A DNA stretch of 64,000 nucleotides from Nitrospirota bacterium (lineage in GTDB: Bacteria > Nitrospirota > UBA9217). The DNA lies in assembly GCA_963840455.1 (NCBI GenBank), contig CAWIYV010000010.1:160001-224000 (forward strand), written 5' to 3'. Under the pieces are notes generated by a model, which worked only from the letters and a program-made list of their open reading frames with translations, did not search any database and was not told the origin of the DNA. The position numbers and the translations under genes are program-made. Positions 50,987 through 59,922 of the stretch are shown in pieces (the first letter of the stretch is position 1; every line of letters starts with the position of its first letter).

Positions 50987-51250
50987 AGCTACCAGTTCCC
51001 CCTTTCCATAAGAGTATCGGCTTCAGAACATCGGTGAAGCACGATCCGTCCCCGGGACGGCAGACCTGCCGCACTGCATCACCTCCCACCGGACATGTCG
51101 TCACTGCATGTTGGTCTTCGCAAGACTCTTTGTCTCGGAACTTTCGTAGTTATGATATCGGTGCCGATGTTTGTCAAGGTCATTATCGAGGCATGTCACT
51201 CATGATGAGACCTCCCCGATCAGTTCCTGAACATCATCGGGCTTGGCGTG

Positions 51251-51280
51251 AAAAAAGGCCGGGGAGCTGTCTCCCCGACC
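51251..51280 (-). terminator. Intrinsic terminator after rhodanese
   Basis: Minus strand GGTCGGGGAG-ACAG-CTCCCCGGCC-TTTTTT. Confidence 0.75.
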
Positions 51281-51299
51281 CACCGATTAGAGCATGTCA

Positions 51300-52310
51300 C
51301 TACTTTTCTTCTTCCTTCTTGAGCTGCTCTTTCAGCTTTTTCACATCATCTTCGAGCGTCTTGATCCGCGAGAGATCGATCCGCTGTTCGTTCTCCGCCG
51401 GAAAATGCTCATTTGCTCCGTAAATGATCCAGGAATCATCGTAGTTCGACGGATCCTTGAACCCGAGCATCCGCATTTCCATGTAGGTGAGCGTGGAACG
51501 GGAGCCGGTCTGGCAGTAGGCGATCGTACGTTTGCTTTTGTCGAGCTTCTCATAGGCCTTCGCCACCCGCTCATAGGACAGAACGCCCGTGGACTTGTCC
51601 TTGCCGGTCGCCGGATCCTTGGTCTGATCGTATGTCTCTTCGTGCGGAACGTTCAGCATGCAGTTCGGAATGCGGCCCCCGCGGACAGAGCGGATGTCCT
51701 CGCCCTCATATTCCTTTTTGTTCCGGCTGTCGATCAGCTGCACGCCCTTGACCTGGCCCTTGGCGATCTTGAGGACCTCCTCGGTCGTTGCGATCCGGCT
51801 CTTCGCAATGTTCGTTTTGAACATTGCGGCGGGCTTGATGGTCGGCTGCGTGTCCAGCTTCCGGTCACCCTTCTTCCACGCCTCGAGGCCGCCGTTCAGC
51901 ACATGTGCCTTGTCCGTATGGCCCAGGTACTCGAAGACCCAGAACGCAACCGATGCGTCGTCCAGGGTCTTTGATTTGAGCTCCCCGTAGAACACCACAT
52001 GCGTGTTGTTCCCGATGCCGGCCTTGCCGATAAGATTATCATACTTCGCAGGAGACGTGAAGATACGCGAGGTGGGATCCCGCAGCGCTTCCTTGCAGTT
52101 TTTCCCGAAGCTGATGGCGCCGGGGATGTGCCCCTTGGCATAATCCTCCAACTTTCTACAGTCCACGACCACCCAGTCAGGCTTCGCGATGTTCTGTTCT
52201 ACCTGCTCGGCGGTCACGAGCAAGGCGGGGTTCGCCCACTGCGCTTGCCCAAGACCCGTGAGGCCGACCAGGATAGCGCACACGGTCATTACCATCAGCA
52301 TTTTTTTCAT
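51300..52310 (-). CDS. Exported two-domain rhodanese/thiosulfate sulfurtransferase
   Basis: Signal peptide, VDCR, GHIPGA, LNGG, IDSR..EY.G, GRIP, active-site YCQTGSRS and YDDSW. Confidence 0.9.
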   Translation of the reverse strand: MKKMLMVMTVCAILVGLTGLGQAQWANPALLVTAEQVEQNIAKPDWVVVDCRKLEDYAKGHIPGAISFGKNCKEALRDPTSRIFTSPAKYDNLIGKAGIGNNTHVVFYGELKSKTLDDASVAFWVFEYLGHTDKAHVLNGGLEAWKKGDRKLDTQPTIKPAAMFKTNIAKSRIATTEEVLKIAKGQVKGVQLIDSRNKKEYEGEDIRSVRGGRIPNCMLNVPHEETYDQTKDPATGKDKSTGVLSYERVAKAYEKLDKSKRTIAYCQTGSRSTLTYMEMRMLGFKDPSNYDDSWIIYGANEHFPAENEQRIDLSRIKTLEDDVKKLKEQLKKEEEK

Positions 52311-52366
52311 GTTCCCTACCCCCTTCAATAGGATTTCCGCTGCTTCCGACAAGAGCAGCTCTGGTG

Positions 52367-52576
52367 CTATTTATCTTCCTTGTACAGGTTCTTATAGTAG
52401 TCCTGCACTTCCTTGCTGATGCCCTCGACGGTCGTTTCCTCACCGCCGTACCCACCCGCCTCGACCGCGTCGAAGTAGCCGGGCTGAACACCCGTGTGTG
52501 CGGAAATGCGATACCCCGCGGCAAAGCTCAGGACCAGCGCAGTGACGGTGATCGCGATCCATTGGCCTGTTTTCAT
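52367..52576 (-). CDS. Small single-TM protein (paralog A)
   Basis: N-terminal TM ending in GY and C-terminal DYYKNLYKE; AGGAGG RBS. Confidence 0.75.
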   Translation of the reverse strand: MKTGQWIAITVTALVLSFAAGYRISAHTGVQPGYFDAVEAGGYGGEETTVEGISKEVQDYYKNLYKEDK

Positions 52577-52609
52577 GGTGCAGCAATCCTCCTGTACGGA
52601 AGCCGACTA

Positions 52610-52712
52610 TTGAGCTCCCTGCAACAAGCTGCAGGGAATCTTCGATCCTCAGGGTAGATTGTTTATCCTAATCGCTCGCTAACCCCTCAGCAGTCTACGG
52701 GTTAGCGCTCGC
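52610..52712. repeat. ~100-nt two-hairpin interspersed repeat, copy 3
   Basis: TTGAGCTCCCTGCAACAAGCTGCAGGGAATCTTCGATCCTCAGGGTAGATTGTTTATCCTAATCGCTCGCTAACCC...GGGTTAGCG. Confidence 0.8.
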
Positions 52713-52899
52713 TCCTGGATTCGTCCTTGTAGAGGTTCCTGTAGTAGTCTTCCATCTTTGTGTCGATCTTCGTGGGAGGGGCGGTCTTTCCCTTCCCGAC
52801 GGCAAAGCCGATCTCCAGGAACGGCGGAACGCTGTACCCCATCATGAAGCCCAGAAAGACGACGATGACGACCACCACGATCCAGAGCGTGTTCTTCAT
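52702..52899 (-). CDS. Small single-TM protein (paralog B)
   Basis: N-terminal TM ending in GY and C-terminal DYYRNLYKD; AAGGAG RBS. Confidence 0.75.
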   Translation of the reverse strand: MKNTLWIVVVVIVVFLGFMMGYSVPPFLEIGFAVGKGKTAPPTKIDTKMEDYYRNLYKDESRSER

Positions 52900-52923
52900 G
52901 CAGAGGTTCTCCTTCCGCAGTGC

Positions 52924-54378
52924 TTAGAACTGCACGGACGCCATTTCCTTGGCCAGCTTCCGCCCGGTCCACCAGTTGAAGAACTTGACGCCGATGTAGG
53001 CCCCGCCGATCATACCGATGCCGAAGAGCCACCCCGACGAATCGCCCATGGCCACACGGACGAAGAACGCCCCCACGTTGCAGCCGAGCCCGAGGCGCGA
53101 TCCGATGCCCATCAACGCCCCGCCGATCATCGCCCACGTCGCGAGTTCCCACGTCGGCTTGGACCATTTGAACTCGTTCTGGAGCAGTGCCATGACCGCG
53201 GCGCCGCCGATGAGCGCAATGGACATCCAGTCAGCCGGGTTGATCGCGGGATTGGGGATGCCGTTGTTCAGTCCGAAATAGATATTGTCCATGTTGTTCC
53301 AGCCGAGCTTGTTGAACACCCATCCGACCCACTGGGCCTCCTGGGTCGTCACGTACCAGTACCCAGGATCGAACACCGTGCCTTTCACGGAGAGCCCGAA
53401 GTCGAACCCCATCTTGGCGAGGATCGGGCCCGCGTTCTTCACGCCGTATTTGATCCGCAGGCCCTCGATGACGAACATCTGAAGCCCACACGCGATCCCA
53501 AGCACCAGGCCGGCAATGGCCGTGCGCTTGGACGACATGATCATGCTCCAGTACCCGGTCGCCTCCTGCCACAGGGAAGTTACACCCGCCGCGCCCGGGT
53601 GATGTTTCTTCCGGTAGTTCTTACGGTACCAGAAAACGTACACGATGAGCAGAAGGATCGTTGCGGGGATCACGACGCCGACCAGAAAATCACCGATGAA
53701 AGCTCCAGGTACGCTCGTGTCCGTCATGCCAAGCAGTTTGGAGAATTTCCGGATCGGCTGGTTCCAGATATAGCCTGCCAGGTACTGGTCCACCCAGCCA
53801 TCGGTGACCGTGATGGAGGGCGGCAGTTTCTTTGCGATCGCTGACGCGCGCCAGGCATCCGGCACCAGCTTGTTGAACCAGCCGCCGATGTCCACGAAGA
53901 TCGCCTGGGTCACGCTGATCGAAAGGATCACGATCATGGCGACCCCTTTGCCTTCGCCGGCCTTGTACAGGGAGCCTGATGCGCAGCCGCCCGCGAAGAC
54001 CATCCCGACACCGAAGATCAGCCCGGCGATCGTGGCATGCACGCCGGTCGGGGCAGCGTGGAAAGTGCTCATGCCGGTCGCGGTGACGAAGGCGGAAACA
54101 AGGCCGAAGAGGACCGTGGCGATCATGATCCCCACGACCATGCGGGGCACGCCGACGGCGAAGAGGTCCCGGAACGCAGAGGCGAAGCAGAACCTGCCGT
54201 ACTGCAAGCACATGCCGTAGATCAGACCGAACCAGAGGTAGGCGGAGAGATACAGATAGTATTCACTGTAGGCGTAGGTCGCCACGCTGACCAGCGCGAA
54301 AAATCCGATGATGCCCAGAGCCCAACGCCGGTTCTTTGCGATAACTGCATCGTCCACGAAGCATTCCCTCCCTTTCAT
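52924..54378 (-). CDS. YeeE/YedE-family thiosulfate/sulfur transporter
   Basis: GRFCFASAFRD, FGVGMVFAGGCASG and GGALMGIGSRLGLGCNVG (conserved Cys). Confidence 0.9.
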   Translation of the reverse strand: MKGRECFVDDAVIAKNRRWALGIIGFFALVSVATYAYSEYYLYLSAYLWFGLIYGMCLQYGRFCFASAFRDLFAVGVPRMVVGIMIATVLFGLVSAFVTATGMSTFHAAPTGVHATIAGLIFGVGMVFAGGCASGSLYKAGEGKGVAMIVILSISVTQAIFVDIGGWFNKLVPDAWRASAIAKKLPPSITVTDGWVDQYLAGYIWNQPIRKFSKLLGMTDTSVPGAFIGDFLVGVVIPATILLLIVYVFWYRKNYRKKHHPGAAGVTSLWQEATGYWSMIMSSKRTAIAGLVLGIACGLQMFVIEGLRIKYGVKNAGPILAKMGFDFGLSVKGTVFDPGYWYVTTQEAQWVGWVFNKLGWNNMDNIYFGLNNGIPNPAINPADWMSIALIGGAAVMALLQNEFKWSKPTWELATWAMIGGALMGIGSRLGLGCNVGAFFVRVAMGDSSGWLFGIGMIGGAYIGVKFFNWWTGRKLAKEMASVQF

Positions 54379-54403
54379 GAGGTCCCGTTCTCCCGAATCA
54401 TTC

Positions 54404-54486
54404 AGCAAGGTTCGTGCCTTTCCTATTACCCTAAATAATCATGCCATTGGTTCCAGCACGGGTTGTCCGGTGTTCCGAACAGCACA
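54404..54486 (-). promoter_or_regulatory. sigma54 promoter plus upstream TGT-N10-ACA box for the yeeE-like operon
   Basis: Minus strand AGGCACGAACCTTGCT (54404-54419) and TGTTCCGAACAGCACA at 54471-54486. Confidence 0.65.
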
Positions 54487-54498
54487 GCCAGGCTGCGG

Positions 54499-56166
54499 TC
54501 ATTGTGCCTTTTGGGCCAGAACGTTCCGTTCAAGGACGGTCAGAACGGTCCTGTAGCGGAATGTGCCGGTATCAGCGTCGAACCGTTTTCCGGAAGTGTT
54601 TCGCGGGAAGAAATCATCGCCCGAGGATATGACCACCAGGGGAACGCCGCGGTCCTCGGCCTGCGCCGCATACCATCCAGGCCGCCGAAGCTCCCAGGTA
54701 AATCGGAGCGAGGAGGTCAGGAGCTTCCCGGCGGCCGGGCGTCGCTGCTGTTCCTGCCGAAGGACGATCCTCTTGCGCGTAAAGAGATCGAGGAGATGGA
54801 CCGCCGCCTCTGTGCTTCCGATGGACCGCTGCTGCGGAAGGAAGCGCACCTCGACCGCCTCGTCCGGCAGGGTGTCCAGATAGCGGCCGGCGTCACGCAG
54901 GTTCGCCATGGTCGTGCTGTTCAGAAACGGAAGATAGGCGAACAAGGTCAGCGCCAAGGATGCTCCTGCCGCGCTGAGCGCGGTGAACCGCCGCACCTGG
55001 CCGTCTCCGGCCAGTTCCCGGAGACCGTAGGCCGCCATCAGCGCGAACAGCGGAAAGAGCGGAAGCAGGTAGCGGATCCGCTCCACGCGCAGCAGTAGGG
55101 CAAACAGGGCAAAGAAGGCAGGCACCACGAAGCCGACCTCCTTCTTCCGGCTCGCGGCGATCACGCCGTACCCCGCCAGAAGGGTGACAAAGGGATGGAT
55201 CTGGAAGAAAAAGGTCGAGAGCGTGCTCTCCCGCCACCGGCCGAGGCCAGGAAGCTGGTATTCGCGGAGCATGTCCAGCTGACCGGCAATGACCTGATGT
55301 TTTGCGAGCAGAAGGAGCCCTCCCGCGACGGCAGCCGACGCCAGAACGAGGATCGACCTCCGGACCGCAGCTCGCACACCGCGCTTCACGGCGACGAACG
55401 AGGCGAGGAGCAGCACGGAGAGCATCAACCAGGTGGAGAACTTGGCAAGGATCGTGACAACGATGAGGGCGGCCGCGAGCAGGAGCAGCGGGCCGCCGGC
55501 GAGCACCGCGCACAGGAACGCATCAAGCGAGATCGTGATCAACGCCATCGTCGGGACGTCAACGAGCATGAGCGGCACCTGGACCAGGAGATACGGGAAT
55601 CCCAGCAGCAGCAACCCCGCGAGAAGGCCCGTCTCAGCGTCCAGGAGCGTCCTGCCGATCCGGTAGGTAGAGACCACGGCGAGGGCGAACAGCAGCGTCG
55701 TGATCCCCTGGACCACGGCCCGTGCCTCTCCCAGGTACCGGAAGGCAATGCCATAGACGAAAGGCACCACCGGGAGGTCGGTCCAAGCGCTGATCTCCCC
55801 ACCCCATGCCCCCAGGAAGGACCCTGGTCCGTGCAGCTCCAGGTGCTTTGCCTGTGAAAAATAGCGGGAGGCATCGAGGATGACCTCCGGCTCGTCCCAG
55901 AGAGGCACGACCGAGAGAACGGCCGCGAGAAAGAGCAGGAGGGGATGCCACCGGGGGTCAGGGTCGATCCGGGACAGGATGTACGCGATGACGGTGGCTG
56001 CGGCGGTGAGCAGGAAGACCTCGACCGCGCCGCCTTGACGGAACACCCACTGCCAGCTCGTCAGGGTGTTGTTGTCCAGGGACCGGCTCGCATACAGAAG
56101 AGGAAAGGCTAGCGCCGAGAGGAATGCAACAATGAGAAGCTGATCTGTCCGATCCGGTCTGTTCAC
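54499..56166 (-). CDS. GT39/ArnT-like (GT-C) membrane glycosyltransferase
   Basis: ILDASRY, TDLP, VDVP, LAKFS and RYLLPLFP; many TM segments. The GTG start at 56166 is inferred. Confidence 0.7.
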   Translation of the reverse strand: MNRPDRTDQLLIVAFLSALAFPLLYASRSLDNNTLTSWQWVFRQGGAVEVFLLTAAATVIAYILSRIDPDPRWHPLLLFLAAVLSVVPLWDEPEVILDASRYFSQAKHLELHGPGSFLGAWGGEISAWTDLPVVPFVYGIAFRYLGEARAVVQGITTLLFALAVVSTYRIGRTLLDAETGLLAGLLLLGFPYLLVQVPLMLVDVPTMALITISLDAFLCAVLAGGPLLLLAAALIVVTILAKFSTWLMLSVLLLASFVAVKRGVRAAVRRSILVLASAAVAGGLLLLAKHQVIAGQLDMLREYQLPGLGRWRESTLSTFFFQIHPFVTLLAGYGVIAASRKKEVGFVVPAFFALFALLLRVERIRYLLPLFPLFALMAAYGLRELAGDGQVRRFTALSAAGASLALTLFAYLPFLNSTTMANLRDAGRYLDTLPDEAVEVRFLPQQRSIGSTEAAVHLLDLFTRKRIVLRQEQQRRPAAGKLLTSSLRFTWELRRPGWYAAQAEDRGVPLVVISSGDDFFPRNTSGKRFDADTGTFRYRTVLTVLERNVLAQKAQ

Positions 56167-56255
56167 GGTCCAGCCGTCCTTTTTCTCCGAAATAATGTCC
56201 GACACCGGGGCCGGACCGGGGATGGGGGAGAGGATCGCAGAGGAGCGTATGGCGG

Positions 56256-56483
56256 CTATCGCCTGATCAGGAACGAATACCGGGAGCCGTCCAGGGCCTC
56301 GTCCAGAAGAAGATACCCCTCTTCGCGGCAAAGCTCGGCGATCCCCCGCTTGGCATCCTTTTCCGTCGTGATCAGCTTCAGCACCTGACCGTGCGTCATC
56401 AGCTGGAGCGTTCTCAACGCGATGGTCCGGACCCGTAGGCCGCCGATCCCCTGCACATCCAGTGTCTTGTCCGGTGCGAACAT
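56256..56483 (-). CDS. TusA/YeeD-like sulfur carrier lacking the canonical Cys
   Basis: KTLDVQG.....(no CP)...GQVLKLITT...C...GY.LL...YSFLIRR; 75 aa; AGGAG RBS. Confidence 0.7.
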   Translation of the reverse strand: MFAPDKTLDVQGIGGLRVRTIALRTLQLMTHGQVLKLITTEKDAKRGIAELCREEGYLLLDEALDGSRYSFLIRR

Positions 56484-56508
56484 GGTCTCCTGCTCCTCTT
56501 GAAGAGAA

Positions 56509-56592
56509 AGCAAAACCAGTGCCAGACCATGACCGGCGGTTTATCCGGTACATGGCCGTCCCGGCAGGGCACTCTCTGTCCCGTCCGGGACA
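56509..56592 (-). promoter_or_regulatory. sigma54 promoter plus palindromic activator site
   Basis: Minus strand TGGCACTGGTTTTGCT (56509-56524) and TGTCCCGTCCGGGACA at 56577-56592. Confidence 0.75.
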
Positions 56593-56669
56593 CCCTCCGC
56601 CGCCCTTCTTTCCTGAAGGGACCCGTCGAGACACTTGCATATTTGAAATGATCCCGCTTATAATGCTCC

Positions 56670-58316
56670 ATGAAGCGCGCTCCCCGGCTTGTCCTCTTCG
56701 GAGTCCTGCTCCTCACTGCTGCAGCGGCAACGGAACGCGCCGCCCGCGCAGGAAGCCTTCCTGCGCAGCCCGCCGAGGATCCCTCCAGCCTGGTGTTCAT
56801 CATCCCTCCCGTCGAGAATGTCGGCGTCATGTACGAGCGGTTCCTTCCTGTCAAGGACCACATCGAACGGACAACGGGCCGGCGGGTCCTGCTGAAGGTG
56901 GCCCGATCCAATCAGGAAGCGATCGAGAGCATCGAATCCGGCCAGGCCCACCTGGCGTACCTGGATCCCGCCGCCTACTGTGAGGCCAGGCGTCTTGCCG
57001 GTGTAGTGCCGCTCGCGAAGACGGTTTTCGGCGGCACAGCGGCTTCGCAGAGCGTCATCGTGACCCGTTCGGACTCCCCGATCAGGAAGATCGTCGACGG
57101 CAGGAAGAAACGTCTGGCGCTCGGGGCGGCCCACTCCTCTCTCTCCTCTCTCATACCCTCCGTCCTGTTCAAAGAGGTCGGCATCTCGCTCAAGGACTTT
57201 CAGGAGGTCGATTACCTCGAGCAGGAGGACCGGATCGCGTTGTCGGTTCTGGCAAAGCGGCATGACCTTGGCGGCCTCAGCGAGGAGGTCGCCCGCAAAT
57301 ACCTTGGTGACGGCCTGCGGATCATCAAAACCTCCGAAACAGTCCCTCCGTACGTCGTGTGCGCCTGCACCTGCCTGCCCGGACCGCTCCGCGAAACGCT
57401 GCGAAAAACGCTTCTTTCCTTCCGGCCGCCGCAGCACGGGGCCGCCTCCCTGAAGGGTCTCGACGGATTTGCGCCGGCCGAGGACCGCGACTTCGATGTG
57501 GTGCGGGTCATGATCAGGAACCTGACCGGCAGGAACTACCTCGTCTACGGGAAGGCGGTCGTGCGGGTGGCAATTCTTCCCCTTTACTCTGCAATCACGC
57601 TCTACGAACGGTTCGACCCGCTCATGCGATATCTGACACGGGAAACAGGCCGCGAGTTCAAGCTCGTCATCCCGAAGGACTTCGAGGATTTCTTCGCCAT
57701 CATCGAACGGGGAGATGCCGACTACTCCTATTCGAATCCGTATATCTACATCCAACTCGCGAACCGCGGCCTTCTGAGCGCCATCGCATCGACCGCAACA
57801 GAGGAGTCCGGCGGCAGTTTCCGGGGGATCATCATTACCCATCGGGACAGCACCATCCGGACGCTCGCGGACCTGAAGGGCAGGGATGTCATGGTCGTTT
57901 CCTTCCGCTCGGCCGGAGGATTTCTCGTCCAGAAACACCTGCTCTCCGAGAGCGGGATCGACGTCTTCCGGGACCTCCGGCTCCGTGAGGGGAAGCGACA
58001 GGAGGAGGTCATCCTGAACGTTTACCGGAGGACCGCGGAGGCGGGGTTCGTGAGGGAAGCGGCGCTCGATGTGCTGAAAGATGAGATCGACCTGGACAGG
58101 ATCCGGGTGCTTGCCACGACGCCGTATATTCCGAACTGGCCCTTTGCCGCTACCGCAACGGCGAAGCCGGACCTCACGGCGCTGGTACAGCGCCGGCTGG
58201 TCAACCTGAAGGATGCGAAGGTCCTGTCCTCGGCCCAGGTCCGGGGTTTTACCTCATCCCGGAACGAGGACTTCGACGACCTCCGGAAATGGATCGGGCA
58301 ATATGAGAACCGCTAG
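56670..58316 (+). CDS. Tandem PhnD/phosphonate-binding-type periplasmic binding protein
   Basis: Signal peptide and two repeats of YERFxP...TGR...IIT..DS.IR; translationally coupled to the kinase. Confidence 0.85.
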   Translation: MKRAPRLVLFGVLLLTAAAATERAARAGSLPAQPAEDPSSLVFIIPPVENVGVMYERFLPVKDHIERTTGRRVLLKVARSNQEAIESIESGQAHLAYLDPAAYCEARRLAGVVPLAKTVFGGTAASQSVIVTRSDSPIRKIVDGRKKRLALGAAHSSLSSLIPSVLFKEVGISLKDFQEVDYLEQEDRIALSVLAKRHDLGGLSEEVARKYLGDGLRIIKTSETVPPYVVCACTCLPGPLRETLRKTLLSFRPPQHGAASLKGLDGFAPAEDRDFDVVRVMIRNLTGRNYLVYGKAVVRVAILPLYSAITLYERFDPLMRYLTRETGREFKLVIPKDFEDFFAIIERGDADYSYSNPYIYIQLANRGLLSAIASTATEESGGSFRGIIITHRDSTIRTLADLKGRDVMVVSFRSAGGFLVQKHLLSESGIDVFRDLRLREGKRQEEVILNVYRRTAEAGFVREAALDVLKDEIDLDRIRVLATTPYIPNWPFAATATAKPDLTALVQRRLVNLKDAKVLSSAQVRGFTSSRNEDFDDLRKWIGQYENR

Positions 58317-59922
58317 GCTTGGCCTGGGGCTCAAATTCTCGCTGGCGGTCACGGTCCTGATCGTGCTGGCCATGACCGGCGTGGCCGTGCTGGTCATCTC
58401 GAACCAGAAGGACGCTCTGCGGGAGCACACCGCCCGGAGCAGCCTCGCCATGGCAAAGAACCTTGCTCACGATGCTGCGGGGCCCATGCTCGTGTTCGAT
58501 CCGCTGCGGCTCGATGAGCTGGTGAGGACGGTCCGGGAGGCCACGCTCTGCACCTACGCCCTGGTCATGGACCGGGAGGGGCGGATCGTGGCGCACACGA
58601 CGCGTGCGATGCTCGGAACCCGGCGCGATCCCGCGGGGCATCCGGCACCCCCATCACCGCCAACGCCGGACGGAGCGACGGTCAACCGGCTGACCGCAGA
58701 CGGGGAGCTGCTGACGGAATTCACCGTGCCCATCCATATCGGAAGCGAGGTCCTCGGCAGCGCGGCCATTGCCTATTCCGTACGGACCACGGATGCCCTC
58801 ATTGAGCGGGAGCTCGCGGGGTTGAGGCGCTCCATTGTCCTGATCACTGGTGTTGTTCTCCTGCTGGGGATCGTCGGCGCGTTCGGGGTCTCCACGCTCC
58901 TGACCAGGCCCCTCACCCGGCTGAAGCAGAAGATGCAGGACGTGCAGGCAGGCAACCTCCACGCGGAGGTCGAAAATCCCCGGATCGTCAAATGCTGGGA
59001 GCGGCTCGGCTGCGACCGGAAGGACTGCCCCGCCTACGGCGGGATGCGTTGCTGGGCGGTGGCCGGCACGTTCTGCCACGGCGCCGTCCAGGGCCAGTTC
59101 GCCCAGAAGATCGGCGACTGCCGGAACTGCGTTGTCTACCAGGAGTCGAGCGGCGACGAGATCGGCGAGCTGGTGGAGGTCTTCAACCAGATGGTGAAGG
59201 ACCTGAGGTACAACCTGGCGGAGCTGGAGAAAGTGAACTCCGAGAAGGCCCGTATGGAGCGGCTCTCCGCCCTTGGCGAGATGGCCGCGACCGTGGCCCA
59301 CGAGACCAAGAATCCGCTGAACTCGATCCGCATGGCTGCCTCCTATCTCCGGAAGAATTTCCAGGGAGAGATCCTCTCCGAGTTCCTCGCGATCATCGAG
59401 CAGGAGGTGACACGCCTCAACGAGCTGACGAGCGGCTTTCTGGGATATTCAAAGCCCGCGCCGGTCAAGCTCGTGCCCTGCGACATCAATTCCGTTATCC
59501 GGTCCACGGCAGACCTGATCCGGCAGGAGGCCACGGACCGGAACATCGAGGTGGTCGTCCTGACGGACGACCATGCCCCCCCGGTCCCCTGCGACCAGTC
59601 GCAGATGAAGCAGGCACTCCTGAACCTGCTGGTCAATGCCATGGATGCGTCGGACGCGGGAGACACCATCACGGTCACGACCGAGTCTTCGCCGGCCGGC
59701 CTGACCTTGTCCGTACGGGATACCGGCAGGGGCATCCCGTCCGGAGACGTTGAAAAGATCTTCAAGCCGTTCTATACTACCAAGACGCGCGGCGCCGGGC
59801 TTGGGCTCGCCATCGTCGAACGGATCGTGAAGGAGCACAAAGGCGACGTCCGCGTCACTGGCGCGGTGGGTGAAGGAGCGACGTTCACGATCGAACTGCC
59901 GGTGCATGCCTATGCGAAATAA
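58303..59922 (+). CDS. Sensor histidine kinase (TM-HAMP with Cys-rich two-CW insertion-HisKA-HATPase)
   Basis: CWERLGC..CPAY..CWAVAGTFC..CRNC, AHETKNPLN, NAMDA, FYTTK and GLGL. Confidence 0.9.
   Translation: MRTARLGLGLKFSLAVTVLIVLAMTGVAVLVISNQKDALREHTARSSLAMAKNLAHDAAGPMLVFDPLRLDELVRTVREATLCTYALVMDREGRIVAHTTRAMLGTRRDPAGHPAPPSPPTPDGATVNRLTADGELLTEFTVPIHIGSEVLGSAAIAYSVRTTDALIERELAGLRRSIVLITGVVLLLGIVGAFGVSTLLTRPLTRLKQKMQDVQAGNLHAEVENPRIVKCWERLGCDRKDCPAYGGMRCWAVAGTFCHGAVQGQFAQKIGDCRNCVVYQESSGDEIGELVEVFNQMVKDLRYNLAELEKVNSEKARMERLSALGEMAATVAHETKNPLNSIRMAASYLRKNFQGEILSEFLAIIEQEVTRLNELTSGFLGYSKPAPVKLVPCDINSVIRSTADLIRQEATDRNIEVVVLTDDHAPPVPCDQSQMKQALLNLLVNAMDASDAGDTITVTTESSPAGLTLSVRDTGRGIPSGDVEKIFKPFYTTKTRGAGLGLAIVERIVKEHKGDVRVTGAVGEGATFTIELPVHAYAK

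Noticed and set aside
51300-54378. Selenocysteine recoding in the rhodanese or YeeE
   Set aside because: Both frames are open with ordinary Cys codons at the conserved sites.
56167-56640. N-terminal 158 aa of ORF 54499..56640
   Set aside because: It overlaps the TusA-like gene and the sigma54 promoter, and its composition is not protein-like.
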